Origin: Blasia pusilla
Taxonomy: Eukaryota
Assembly: GCA_050084515.1 (NCBI GenBank)
Contig: CM114271.1
Span: forward strand, 12,338,001 to 12,402,000
Direction: 5' to 3'
DNA length: 64,000 nucleotides
Of this stretch, positions 1-12,842 are shown piece after piece (the first letter of the stretch is position 1; each line of letters begins with the position of its first letter). A program made the position numbers and the translations under genes. The notes under the pieces are model-generated. The model was given only the letters and a program-made list of their open reading frames with translations. It was not told the origin of the DNA and made no database searches.

Positions 1-971
1 TACATACCAATCATACATATAGAGATAGTTGAATATTTGTCCATGTCTATAATTATATAACCGCATCGTTTGTATTGGTGGAATTTCGTACACTTCCTTG
101 TTTGGATGGTTCGATTGGACGCTCCTTTGCTTGAGGCTATTCAAAACAGACATTTCGTTGTGAGTTAACACAGTAGTCATAATTCTGAAATCTGAAGAGA
201 GTAGCAAAACAACAAGATGTGAAGAGAAAGTACCCTCCCATCCTCCAACCACAAGTCGTCATCCTCTTCAGTCCCCAAGAAATCCACCTCAAGGAGTGGA
301 TTATAATAGGGGTCTTTGGAATCACTATTTGAACAATCTTTTCGAATCTCCTCGGGGATTACGCTTTAGTTAGTGGCCTTCTCCTCCAACCGTAAGCTGC
401 GTCTTTGTGGAAGGGAAGGATTCCAAAATGGCAAAGGCTTGCGCTCCTTCACAACCCTTGGAGCAACAAACCTTCAAAATATGATCACACAAATTCTGTC
501 ATATTTCCTAATGTACAACCACTATATGAACATGATACACTTGACCAAATAAAGCAAAAGAAAAAGATTATCCAAGATCATACTTACCAATCCTTCAACC
601 CACCAAACAACTCCGCCTCTTTGGCCTTTCTTTCTTTCACTCTACGATTCCTTTCTTCTTCGTATGGATTAGGACTTTGTTGAACATTATCTATACCATC
701 CCAAGATGAACTCTGATTGGATTCCACGTTCTCTTCAGTCATATCAGGTACACAGTTCCAAGCGCCTCCCTCCCTCTGTAGACGACAAGTTAGCAAGAAT
801 AACACCTAACTTGACGGGAATTCGAGAGTTCTACTTGTTGCCGTAGAGTTTCATTCCATTATGCCCAACAACACCAGAATTCACTTACATCCTCGTAACA
901 AAAGTCAATTATTTGAATCATACCAAAAAAACACACAATGATGAGTACCAAAGAAACAACTATGAATTAAT

Positions 972-3900
972 CTAATCTGATTCCGAGTTATTAGAGTCTG
1001 AATCAACATCTTCTATCATATCGCATACATGGATTATTGGCACATGTTGCACATCCACTCTAGTAGTTTCCATCTCTGCATCACTTAGGACTCTAGCTCC
1101 TAAGGTACTTGCATCTAGTAGATTCCCTGGTTCCATGCATGTGGCATGGAAGGTGGGCAAAACATTACAAGCTCCATCTAGCGACTCTAAGTCATCAAAA
1201 TAAACTCTCCAAGCTCTAGAAACCTTCCTCATTACCACTTTCCATCCTACACCCTCATCGGCATCTCCATAAAACATTTGTTGCACTTGTGATGGGAAAA
1301 AAAGTGGTTGGTGATCTAATGGCTCGCATGACCTCAAGTTGGCCAACAGAAAACCCTCCTTATCTAATTTCATGGATCCTACTCTTGAATCCCAATCTGC
1401 TTTAACTCACCGCCCTCGCATTAGTATTATGGGTTGTTCTACAACCCCATAATCAAGTAAGAGAATATCAACCAACACTCCAACATATGAGTATAGATGA
1501 TTCTGGTTGGAACTTTTTTCATCAACAAATACTGCACCTATTCCACTATCATAAGTGGAGAAGGGTGTCGCACCACTTGGCCCTTCTACCCTAAAGTGGT
1601 TTCCGTAGGCTTTCATACTCTTGAATGACAATGCCCTACTATTAGGAGGTATAGCTAACGATAGTAGGTGAGCATCAGGATCTTTTGAGTTGTCAATTGC
1701 ATCCTGTGTAATGGCAAGGCGAATCCACTTTTCAAAAGGAATGTCTCTCGAACATAACTCATATTTCCTATTCAATAACAATGTTAATGGTATTAGTACA
1801 TTATTTTGTATTTAATGTGTCAATACCAAAATAATATACACTTTGAGAGTCCGAACCGTAATTCACATAACTATAACCTTGAAAAGCATATATTGGAGAG
1901 TTTTACCTTTTCCAATCAACCATGACCTCTGTATTATGCAACACATAATGATGTGCTAAGTTGATCATTTCTTGCAAAAGTCGAACTGGAGTGCCCGCAC
2001 CTTCTAGCTCCTCACCAACAACCCCCTCTTCCTCCCCATCATCCCACACTCGCGTCCGCACGTCTTCAAACCTTTTCATATACTCAGTCACAAACCCTAA
2101 TGCCTCGTCCTTCACATACCCTTCTGCCATACACCCCTCTGGTCTAGCTTTAGACCGTACATATTTCTTCATGTACCCCATATATCGCTCCATTGGATAC
2201 ATCCATCGACATGCTACTGGCCCACACATGTCCAATTCTTCTACGACATGAATCAACAAATGTGTCATCACGTCGAAGAAAGATGGAGGGAAATGAATTT
2301 CAAATAGACAAAGGGTTATGGCAGTCTCTTCCAAGAGTTTTTCAAATAAAGCTGGATCATACACCTTTGTACACACCATTCTAAAAATGCCGGATAATCT
2401 AATAACCACCATTCTCACGTGGTCCTTCAGAAGACCACGGATGCAATGAGGAAGGACTTGCTGAATGAAGACATGGTAATCATGTGATTTCATATTGCCC
2501 AATTTTCGATTAACCACATGCTTGGAGAGTACTCCACAATATCCAGATGGCACTTTCAAGTTTTGAATCTTCAAAAGGAAAGTGTTCAAGTCACGGGGAG
2601 ATAGATAATAATCGGAAACTGGTTTAAGCAAAACTTGGGGTTTACTAGGATGGGGTTGCAACCACAAATGGGATCAAATCCCACGTGCCTCCAAATCTCT
2701 CCTTACTTTCACAGTATCTTTCACTCCAAATAAGGTCTTGACTAGATTCTCAACGATATTCTTCTCAACGTGCATTACATCTAACGTATGGCGTATAAGC
2801 AAATTTTGATTGTATCGTCAAGGAAGCATGGACATCTCACAACTTCAACATGATAGCTAATATCCAAAATCAAATCAAACAAAAGCTATCCTCCTCTATA
2901 GCCACTATTTCATAACATAAAGAATGGATAATATAGAGAAGAAGCAGGATACTGGCCAATATGGCAACGAATATAGTATACTCAGCCTTTTCACCCCAGT
3001 TCTCTTGTAGGGATCAGTAGGGCCATCTTCTCGACCCCCACTCTCATCATATGCATGTTTTTCATTTGCCCATCCAATAATATCTCTGGAAAGTAGTCTA
3101 GGCACGCGTAGTCTAAGTTCTGCACTCCCGTTGAAGTGAGATCCATACCTGCGGGTCCTCCATGGATGGCTCAATGGGAGATATCGACGATGACAATCGT
3201 ATATGGGCTTGCCACAAGACTTTGAAAAATCAGAATCCACTCGAGGCCCGCATATAGTACATCCTAGTTTTCCACCATGGCTCTGCCCAGCTATAGTTCC
3301 GTATGCCGGGTAATCATTTATGGTCCATAGTAAGGTAGCCCTGAACATGAAGTTCCAACTGTCGCCTACCTTCCGGACGTCATGAAATTGAACCCCTTTC
3401 CACATTTCTTGGAACTCTTCCACTAGAGGAAGCAAGTATGTGTCTATGTTTTTCCCATTTACACTCTCCTTTCCTGGTATGATCAAAGAGAGCATCACAA
3501 AGAATTTTTTTGTCTGGAGCCAGGGAGGCAAGTTATAATTAACAAGAAGCACTGGCTATGTTGACCACGAACTCGACTTGTCTGAAAATGGATTCACTCC
3601 GTCCAAAGCTAGCCCAAATTTGCAATTCCTCTTCTCCTCGGCAAAGTCTGGATATAAGTTGTCCATGTAGCGCCATGACTTGCAATCAGTTGTATGTCTT
3701 ACTAAGCCATCCTTGCTCTGATTCAAGGGGGCCCAAGTTAACAATTCAGACAACGTCTTGCATCTAAACATACGTCTCATCCGAGGTATGACAGGAAAAT
3801 GCCTTAATACCTTACATGGTACCAACGCTCTACCCACTTTCCGGAACCTTGGTTTCCCACATAATGGAAAGATCTCAGCTTCAGCCAAATCACCCCGGAA

Positions 3901-4759
3901 TAAAACACATCCAGCTGGACACGCATGGATACTGTTGTAACCTAAGCCTAGTTTACCAATGAGTTTTTTTGCTACATAATAACTCGGTGGCACCAAGTTC
4001 CCTGCTGGTAGGACCACCTTACACAGGAGTTTCAGAAATTCGTCAATAGCTACATTTGGGACGCCATGGGTGGTTTGAATGTTAAATAGTAACATGACAA
4101 AAGCCAAAACAAATGTTTTTGCTATAGGGAACAAGGGTTTGCAAGCTTCAGCTAGCTCCTCATATTCATCTCCATGATTGAATAGTGGTTCTTTGTTTGA
4201 TATTCTCGGTTCTGGTAATTCATCAGATGGGAGAGATGTCTCTTCAATTTCATCCTCCTGTATATGGTCGTATTTCTGGAAAATATCATTGAGCATTTTA
4301 TGAACGTAAATGTGCTCGTCTATATCTGCCATTGAAGATCTCTCCCTTCCATCCACATGGAAGGTGGGGGCTGACTCCATTGTCTTATCCTCTTGGCTTC
4401 TTTTTTCAGCAAGATCATGCATAAGCCACTCCTCATCTGAAGAGTCCCATCCATCCCTAGAATTCGGCACTCGACAAAGCGCCGAGGCGTCCATTTTTTC
4501 TCAAATGTGCTTCCACCTTGCCGATGGACAATGTAGACCAACCCTTACAGTCATTGCACGGACACCGCAATCTTTTACAGCCCAATACACTAGCACGTGT
4601 GCTTTCCCGTTGCCACAACTTGGAATCATGTGCCTTTACTCTAACTGGGTGGTTCAAATCCATTCTAAGGGGATTGGAAGTGGATTTCCGCAAACTGTGA
4701 ACTGAAACATTCCAAACACATCCAAAACCATGACATTTTGCCTCAATAACGAATTCCAT
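972..4759 (-). pseudogene. CACTA/En-Spm transposase (TNP2/TnpD-like), inactivated
   Basis: Ordered minus-strand segments: RCPCNDC..VEAHL (transposase-associated), IHACPAGCVLF, DGVNPF..ST*PVLLVNYNLPPW..MLSLIIPG (Transposase_21), RHTLDVMHVEKNI, MKSHDYHVF, FPPSFFDVMTHLLIH..GPV..RWMYPMERYM..RPEGCMAEGY (DUF4218-like), QPLFFPSQVQQMFY..GWKVV (DUF4216-like). Premature stops at 3556-3558 (W>TAG) and 2674-2676 (probably R>TGA). Confidence 0.93.
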
Positions 4760-7269
4760 AAACCACGGCTGGACGAGCTATCATCTGAATGCATACCCAC
4801 GTGAAGTCAAGACAAGAATGATAAGGCACGTATACCTAACATGGTTCTTATCTCCATGGAGATCTCAATCATCACTAACAATCCTCACCGATGCGGTCCA
4901 ATGCTTCCAACGACATTCCTGAATGACAAATGTAACACACCCAACTTTAGATAATGACTCAATCCTAAAAGTGCTATGGAAAATCAGTCAGTCAATAGGA
5001 AAAGAAACGCAAGACGAGTGAGGAACACATCAGAAAGCTGAAGCTTTTCGTCAACTTAGTTCTAGAATTTGGAGCAAGCAATCATTGAGAAGTAGAGGTT
5101 AGAGATACATACACGCATTCAGGAGTCAATATCTGGTCTCAATATGTCTCCATGCAATTTAAAGTAATTCCTAGCATCTCCTTTATGACTATGTAATGCA
5201 GCAAACGCAAGTTTGTACTTTTAGGGAAACCGATGCGATGCACAAGCTTATCGTAAGGTTCTCTACAGATTGTTGCAGAGGAGATGCGGTCAGGTGTGGC
5301 TGCAGAGAAGAAGTGGACATACATGGAGGCGATGGAAAAGGCATTGTCCAGAAAACAAGAACTTCCTAAACCTTCTCTTGATACTAAAAAGTTAGCGGCC
5401 AAACGAGGCACTCTGGTGCTTGTAGGTAACCAACACCATCAGATGATGTCTTGTCTTCTAACAGGGAAGGTACTCATCCTTCTGAGTACTTCAGAATTCT
5501 TCCCGCTCAATCTTTCTACACAGGGGTAAGATTCTCCTATAATCAAGTGTAAGAGCATCACACTTGCTATTTTTTCAAGTGAATTTTTTGGCTATTTGCA
5601 GTTGCATTTGATATTCCTACTACTCATGTAAAGCCAAGTCAAGTGTGTGTTTTGCTTGCTTCTCTGTGCATCCTGCATTATTTAGCCCCTCAATCACAAG
5701 CAAGTTGGTCAAGAGGAGGAGCTGGTGCACAGCAATACCAGGAACTCTCCTCAATGCTGGCAATACGGATACTCTCAACGCTCATGTGAATAGTTTTGTG
5801 CCCTATTTATCATTCAGAGATTTTAAAACTTGTCGGATAATCTCCCAACGAATAATCTTTGTCATCCGCACATGACAAAGATATCTGCCAACAGTAACAG
5901 TACCAACTAAGTACTACGCTGTAATGACGTAAATATTCAACAAAATATGTTGAAACAGTTGGAGAACTCAAGACATTCATTGCAACGAAACAAAACTACT
6001 CTTACTCCTGCTACGAGGACATGCAGATCTTGCATTAAGCAGGAAGAAGTTACGCACATGTCCAGAATACGTTCAATGAAAAATGTTAGCAATTTCCGTA
6101 TCGAATAATTCTGAGGTATTCTAGCAGTAGTAAGTTATGATGGGAGAGACCATAGACGGTCATGAACTTCATCACAGAGGATTCTAACAAGGATCCGTCA
6201 AGCCTCCATTAACTTGAGAGCAAGTCTAGGGCAATTTCAATTCACTGATTTTGAGAATCTGAAATTAAATTTGAAGTTAAACACATCAACAATTCAAGTA
6301 GGGTAATACAAAGAGCATAAGGATACTCCTCTCCTAGCTACCTGCATGCTGGAGCTCTCAAAATAAAATCAAACAGTCCGTCATGATTTTCGACCCGGAT
6401 TTCGGAACCAGCATTAAAAAAAAGAAAAAAACTATATCCACAAAATCTAACCGTTGTCACGTAGTTGAGGATATCATGCAACCAAAAGCTCCATTGTGGT
6501 TTGTCGGGTTGAAATAGTTGATAATTCTAGTTCTAATTCTAGCCAAGCTGTTCTAGTGTACCATAATGGAGGCTTGCTATTATTCCATATCCTATGGTTG
6601 GGACTACTACATCGATCAAGTCTGCCCCTCAGTAACTAAGAAATGCTTTAGTTTCATAATACTCTCACGAAAGGCCCGAAATTTATTCGCATAAGCAACT
6701 GCCTGAAGGTGTAGTGTCAAGCTTACCTTACCTTAAGACAAATGCAAATCAAAATCGCTTGGATAGTAAATAAATTGGATTCTTTAATGATACCTTAAAA
6801 GGATTATTTCGAACTCGGTCAGACTGCCAAACCTTCGAAACGAGCGACCAACGCTTCGAACTGACACGAAAGTCTTCAAATCTATTTAAGTTCTTCTCTC
6901 GAAGGAAATTGATTCTCCACCAATCTAGAGTTGCGACTTAAGATTAATGTGCTTACATTCTTTATTCTTGGAATGGCAAGTCTTGCACCTACTTTGGATT
7001 TACCACATTGCAACATCATGACCAAGTTGTCAATTGTAACCTTCACGGTAAAATGAAATTGAACACTATGACGTAAAATATTCTTGAACGCCAGTACATT
7101 TGATCTAAGATGAGCGGCGTTGAAGTAGACATGCAAAGCACTAACTCCAGTCTGAGAACTACAACGTATACTTTTGAACGAAAAAATACCAGTGAGCTTG
7201 CAGTGAGCACTCTATCAGTTCAAGTTTACTGGAAATTGATGTCCAGCAGTAGCTTAGAAGGATTATACA

Positions 7270-7755
7270 CCCTGATTCTAGATGACCAGAGAGTCTGTTT
7301 CCTCTCAGGGTGAGTACATGGAGATTCTCCAATTGCCTCAGGGAGGAAGATATCTCACCGATGAACCTATACTGTGCAAAATTGAGCCTGGAGAGACTCG
7401 ACATAGCTCCTAAAGCTCAAGCAGTTGATGAGCGCATGTCGTTGCTCTCAAGGAAGAGATCTTGCAGATTCTTCAAGCCAAAAAACGACTATGGCATACC
7501 TCTGGTGAGGTTGTTGAAGCTCAGATCTAAGTAGGTGAGCGCTGACAGAAGTCCTAGATCCTCCGGGATGGCTCCATTGAAATGATTGTGACTAAGCGCC
7601 ATTTGGAGAAGATTGAGGAGTCCACCCAGAGGAGGCAGAATATTGGAGAGGGAGTTGTCACCAACATCCAAGATTACAAGGCTCTGGAGCTATCCTAGAG
7701 CTCCAGGGATGGTCCCTTCCAAGAGATTTCTGCTCAAGTCGAGCTACAACAAGTC
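7270..7755 (-). pseudogene. Plant extracellular leucine-rich-repeat fragment (LRR-RLK/RLP-like)
   Basis: Repeated LxxLDLSxNxLxGxIP units: LDLSRNLLEGTIPGALG*LQSL, LSHNHFNGAIPEDLGLLSALTYLDLSFNNLTRGMP, LENLHVLTLRGNRLSG; in-frame stops; no kinase or TM domain seen. Confidence 0.85.
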
Positions 7756-7969
7756 TCATGCTTCTAGGAATCTTTGTAGATATATGGGCTCACCTTAGTC
7801 GCAAAAAAGCTTAGCACCGCATGTAGCAATATCAATATAGAAGAGTTATTGGCATTAGGCTTGAGCGGAACCTCACTGTCACAGAAATCTCCCTTGACGC
7901 TAATGGTTCCAACAACGGAGCTGCTCTGCCACATAACAGCTCGGAGTTGCTCGGATGCATCCAGCTGCG

Positions 7970-8182
7970 TTGAGACCGCAACCGATAATCATCAATGAAG
8001 AACCGGAGTTTGAGGTGGAGAACATCTTGCGTTTGAGGTGTAGGGCCGACACGTACGAGTACTTGGTCAAGTGGAAGGGATACTATGTGAAAGAGGCCAC
8101 TTGAATTGCGGAGGCAGATCTCGAACACGCAGAAGAGGTGTTGCAAGACTTCAAACGGATGCGGAAAAAGCACATGCGTTAA
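7970..8182 (+). mobile_element. Chromodomain remnant, probably a chromovirus integrase C-terminus
   Basis: Manual translation (not in the ORF track): PQPIIINEEPEFEVENILRLRCRADTYEYLVKWKGYYVKEAT*IAEADLEHAEEVLQDF; conserved W replaced by TGA at 8102-8104. Confidence 0.88.
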
Positions 8183-8894
8183 TACATGGAGTAGCTAGGG
8201 ACATGACTTGTAACCATAGGAAGTTTGGGCCAAAGGCCATTGTAACTAGATCAGGATAGATTTGCAATAAAGGAATGCATGGATTTGGAGATTCGATGAT
8301 TGTACGTGTGTTAATTAAAAAATTTATGTAGTAGTGCATGGCAATAACTAGTTCCTCGTATGCTTAGGATGTAAGTCAAGAGGATAGACAAGGAGTATTT
8401 GAGGTGAGAGATTGTATTTGGATTAGCACGTAGAACAGGACCAAGTTTTGGATGACTAACACTTGGGCTCACCCTAACGTCGGCGGGGCAGATGACTCTA
8501 TCTTGGGGATTGGGGTGATCTTACTCGTGGTAGCATGAGTGAGCTTAAAACGAGCTTAAGTCGAATATGAGAGTGACCCAAAAGTAGTATGACTTGTGTA
8601 CTAGGTAAACAAGTGGGATGTTTAAGTGTTGTGAGCTAGAGAAGTCTTTGGTAGCAAACTTAGTTAGCTTATTTGATAGGTTAGGTTAGTTCCATGGAAG
8701 TGATCTAGGATTTTCAAAGAAGAGATGCTAAATGATGCTAAGTGTTTCTGGTGACAATTTAAGACTTAAGCCAAACGAGGGACTATGGATTAGCTACCAA
8801 AATGCAATTCGATGTCGAGGAGTTAGCTTCCCAAAAGGACTTGAAATTAGAAGTTTTTTGTTGATGAGGGCATCAACCTCTTAAGAGAGGCGAG

Positions 8895-9605
8895 TGTTGC
8901 AACCCTCATAACCAAACAAGCTCCAAGCGCAACATCTGAATCTAGCGGGCTCACGCTATGAAGGTTTGCGTGTTGGAGTGATCTCTTGGAAGAGTGCCAC
9001 AGACAGAAGAGAAAAGACGTGAACAAGGTTGAGCATTTCATGCATTAGGGGTTGCGACTCAGAAACCTGAACCAAATGCAAACCAAGACTTGAAAGTCAA
9101 GTCTACCAAGCTGATTGCCAAAAGAGGTGAGAACCGGATTTAGAATATGACTAGCGTTTGGGATTTGGATGTGTTTAGGACAAGTAGATGGCGTTAGAAA
9201 GCTCATGAAAATTCCGTTCCAACGCACCAAAGATCTTAGTAAACGCACAAGCAAAGGATGAGATATTGGCTGAAAACGATTATACGGGGAGTCGGGTTGA
9301 GGGCCAAAAAGAGGGGCTTGGATGTCTCTTCCCCAAAGGTAGGGGAAAGGCAGAGATTCTGAGAAGTACTTGTTAGGGGGAAGGTCTTCAAAAGTATTTG
9401 GGACTCAAACCCCACAATGAAGCACCGCGGGGCGATCCAAGGGCACGGAATGGATCGGGAGTTTTGGTGTCGACATTCGAAACTTGGAACAAGTCCAATA
9501 GAGTGGATTTTGGAGGTCCCTATTAGATTCCAACCCGCATATCATTTTTTTTGGGTCTTGGTTTGGGGTTCGTACGAGGTCCATGGGACAATTGGGACTG
9601 CTAGG
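8895..9605 (+). repeat. Dispersed LTR-like repeat family X, copy 1
   Basis: Starts TGTTGCAACCCTCATAACCAAA; colinear similarity to 21079-21828 (+) and 24180-24945 (-). Confidence 0.8.
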
Positions 9606-9639
9606 TACTTAGACTAAGGAGAAAGTATGTCCCGGTTGG

Positions 9640-11864
9640 GAACCATGTTCCCTATTCAGCAGCATATAGGAGTGCATATGAGAGCAAGATCCGTTCATTC
9701 AAGTCATTTGTTATGCATATTTTTGTACAAGAGAGTGGCGAACGGAAGCACTCCCCAATTTTTTTTATAGGAATTAAGTACGTATGGGGGCGAGTTCTCC
9801 ATGTTGGTGCTCTTTGGAGCACCTTGTAGCTTGCTGGATTGTATTTTTACAGGTTTGCGATTTTCTATGGGAGAAATCAGAGCAGAAGCGTTGCCAAATT
9901 TTACGTAGGAGTAGAGGCCACGGGTTGCAAGAAAGTCTCTGCAAGTTTTAGATTGAAGGACTGATGAAGCAGCTGATTTGATGACATTGTAGCTCAAGAA
10001 GTCATGCATGTTGGTGAAGAAATGATGCACACGTTGGACATCTGAGTACAAAGTTGTGGCTGATCTCACAAGTTACCATAGCCAACTCGTAAAGGAAGGA
10101 GTCATTTTCGAAAATTCATGATAAAATCTTTAGTTGTCAAGAGATAGGAAAGTAAAATAATTTTATTTTAGTAGGGCCAAACAAGTGAAGTTATCACTTG
10201 GAGAAACATGTTAGTGAAAAAGTTATTTTTGGAGGAGTTGAGCCACCATTGGTGGAAGTGAGGAGGGGATTTCTGAGTGTAGATCCGGATTTTGAGGGGG
10301 TATTGTAGTTTAAAATTGTTTTTTGGTGCAGGCGTCTCTTCGAATTTAGGTCTTCGGGCCCGCACGTCCGCTTGCTGTCAGTTGCAGGTCTACAACCAGC
10401 TGCCGCTACCTGTTGCCTACTATCGTTGCGCGTGCAGGCCGCCGCGCATTCCTCCCACGCAGCCATTCCTTCCCTGCCTTCCGGCGGGGTCACTTCCATA
10501 GCCGGACTATGGGCCGACTCGACTACTGCCGGTCCGTCGTTTGGAGAAGCCGCAAACTGCCACTATTGCCGTGCAGCTGGCGCGAAGGTCCTATTGGAGC
10601 CGCGTCCGCTGTCCTCCGTCTGCACCCGCTCTATCTACACCCCGTCGGTCGGCCCTCTTCCGCTGCTATGGCGTTGACGTCGGTCGGCCCTCCCTGACGC
10701 TGACACCGCTACCGCTGTGTGCGGCCACCGTGGGTCTCTCCAGCCGCCAGTCGTCGAGTCCCGGCAGTAACCTCCGGGCCACGGCGACACTTGCTGTCAC
10801 GCTGGTGTGACACTCGCCTACGTGCCGTCACTCACGACCACGAGCTTGCCATCCGCCGTCCATGACGTTGCCGTCCAGACGGCCCGCTGTTGAGAACAGA
10901 TCAACTATGACCGTCGATAAGAAGAGAAGAAGATGCACTTCGATAAAAACGAGTGATGGAAAACCGATCGGAAGTACAAAAGAGGGGAACTCAAAGTGTC
11001 AAAACCTGAAGGCCACAACAAGACCAGAAAAGGAAGAAGGGGGCATTCCCCCCCTTAGCGACGAAACTCACCAACAGCAGAGACAATATCAGCAACAACA
11101 AGAGAGCTATGACTACTACTAAGTGGGCCTCTAGCGCCGGCGTCTCCCACAGCCTGAGCTGTGGCCTCGATAAGTTGTCGTCGTCCGCTGAACAGCCGCT
11201 ACCTGCCTTTAGCTACCGTTGGTTCCATGTTGAGCTTGTCGCACACCCATCGTTTGCAAGTACCGTCCATTAATGACATGTGATCTTTTTATTTGATTTG
11301 GTTTGAGTTCTCTTGGAGCTTTGCTATCTATGCCTTATGATTTGTATTCGTTTGATGATGATCGAATGTCATGTCGCTTGACAGCCATAGTCACCATGCG
11401 TCGTTGATTGTCACATTGTGTCGCTTGTGCCGCGTCATACCGTCTCAATCGTGGAGCCGCACTAGCCCAAAGAAGCAGAGCATCTCTTACCAATAGACGG
11501 GAGGATGTCACTTAGTGTCACATCTCATCATCGATAGTGCCGTGTCATTGATAGTTGCTCATTCCAGCCAGTGTCGCACCTTTCTGATTTGCTGGCACTG
11601 CACATCAAGGTGGTTGGAATATCGTTAACATTGGGAAGTGCGACTTGTTGACAGGAGGAGTTTGTCTTCATGGATAAGTTCGGTTCGAGGTTTGAAATTG
11701 CTGAGGAGCGACAACGATATTATTTCGAGGTTACCCATTCTGGTCTTTTGCCTTGCACGTGTGAGGGAATTCTAGATACTCGGTAGTTATCTAGCATTTT
11801 GGGTTTGTGCAGATGCTCAGAGGATCATTAATGTATGTGGTGAGGGACACAAACGTGTGTGACA
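9640..11864 (+). mobile_element. 5' leader region of the PHD/DNMT Gypsy family, truncated by another copy
   Basis: 9700-10080 matches 46585-46940, and 11640-11864 matches 47690-47915, both upstream of gag in the 45942-54539 element. Confidence 0.75.
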
Positions 11865-12624
11865 TGTCGTGCGCATACACATCGCTACACAACCCACATT
11901 TCTGGTCACATCTACACACCACACAACACCCATATTCCCAACACACATGTCAATCCATCCATAAACAAAAAAAAACTCACACATATATATTGAGACCCAC
12001 AATAATGTAAAAATCATAGGAAAAATGGCACACCCGACCTTAAACTCCACTCGTGAATCGACATCGGCATATGGAGCCTCGTCCACCCTCCGCTATGAGG
12101 GAATCCAAACGCTAACACCTTGGTCCTACCTCACACACGAGCAAGAGAGGTGCTCCATCGGCCCAACGTGAGAAAGATGGCTTGAGAAAGCCATCTTCCT
12201 CCTTTATATAGGTTTGGGAAGAGCCAAAAAGGCTCTTCCCCTGAAAATAGCAATCCTCTTGGTAACCTGCGTGCACAGAATACTAAGGGCGGATGACTAT
12301 TGAACCAATCCCCCGTCCGTCAGAGGCCAAAATAGGAAAGTCGTCAGAAATGACGTTCCTGATACAACGGACCTATCCTAAACCTTATCCGACACTTCGG
12401 GATGAAGTTATACTCAATACAATCTAATAACTCCCTATATCGTCGCTGCAATAGATCTCTACCTATTCACTACTAAGATGTGACAACTGTCGTGCGCATA
12501 CACATCGCGACACAACCCACATCGGTGGTCACATCTACACACCATCCAACACTGATCTTCCCAACACACGGGTCGATCCATCCATAAACAAAACAAACTC
12601 ACGCATATACATCGAGACCCCACA
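11865..12624 (-). repeat. B-A-B terminal structure: B 12488-12624 and 11865-12001 around a ~490-bp A segment
   Basis: Two ~137-bp direct repeats reading TGTGGG..GCACGACA on minus, preceded by purine-rich AGGGGGGCGG; the spacer has a CCTATATAAAGG TATA-like motif at ~12201-12212. Confidence 0.85.
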
Positions 12625-12702
12625 ACCGCCCCCCTAATTGCCAGTTGGATCCCCCCAACTCCACATAGCACATATCACATCTCCCTGACATGACCTACTA
12701 CC

Positions 12703-12842
12703 CTATACACATCTCGGACATATCCATGGTATGTGGGAACTACATCAAGAGGGAAGGTTAGACATGACATATGCCACCCTCGAGAACAACCATCACACAC
12801 CGACATGGTAGCTGCACCCCTTGCAGTTCTGCACAACATACA
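12703..12842 (-). pseudogene. PHD finger (C4HC3) at the integrase C-terminus
   Basis: CMLC..TMSVCDGCSRGWHMSCLTFPLDVVP, then after a frameshift WICPRCV* (12726-12703); all eight zinc ligands are recognisable. Confidence 0.9.

Noticed and set aside
584-805. Exon of a second CACTA gene (TnpA-like)
   Set aside because: Plausible position and charged peptide, but no recognisable motif.
5269-5790. Possible captured exons with AG/GT borders
   Set aside because: No recognisable protein similarity; cannot be supported without a search.
6550-6558. CACTA terminus (GTTCTAGTG) for the 972-4759 transposase
   Set aside because: Too short, and the partner end and 3-bp TSD lie outside the window.
11865-12624. 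B-A-B units as independent TRIM elements
   Set aside because: In four cases they sit right after the same integrase-PHD and purine tract, and A also appears alone at a 5' end. Not fully excluded.
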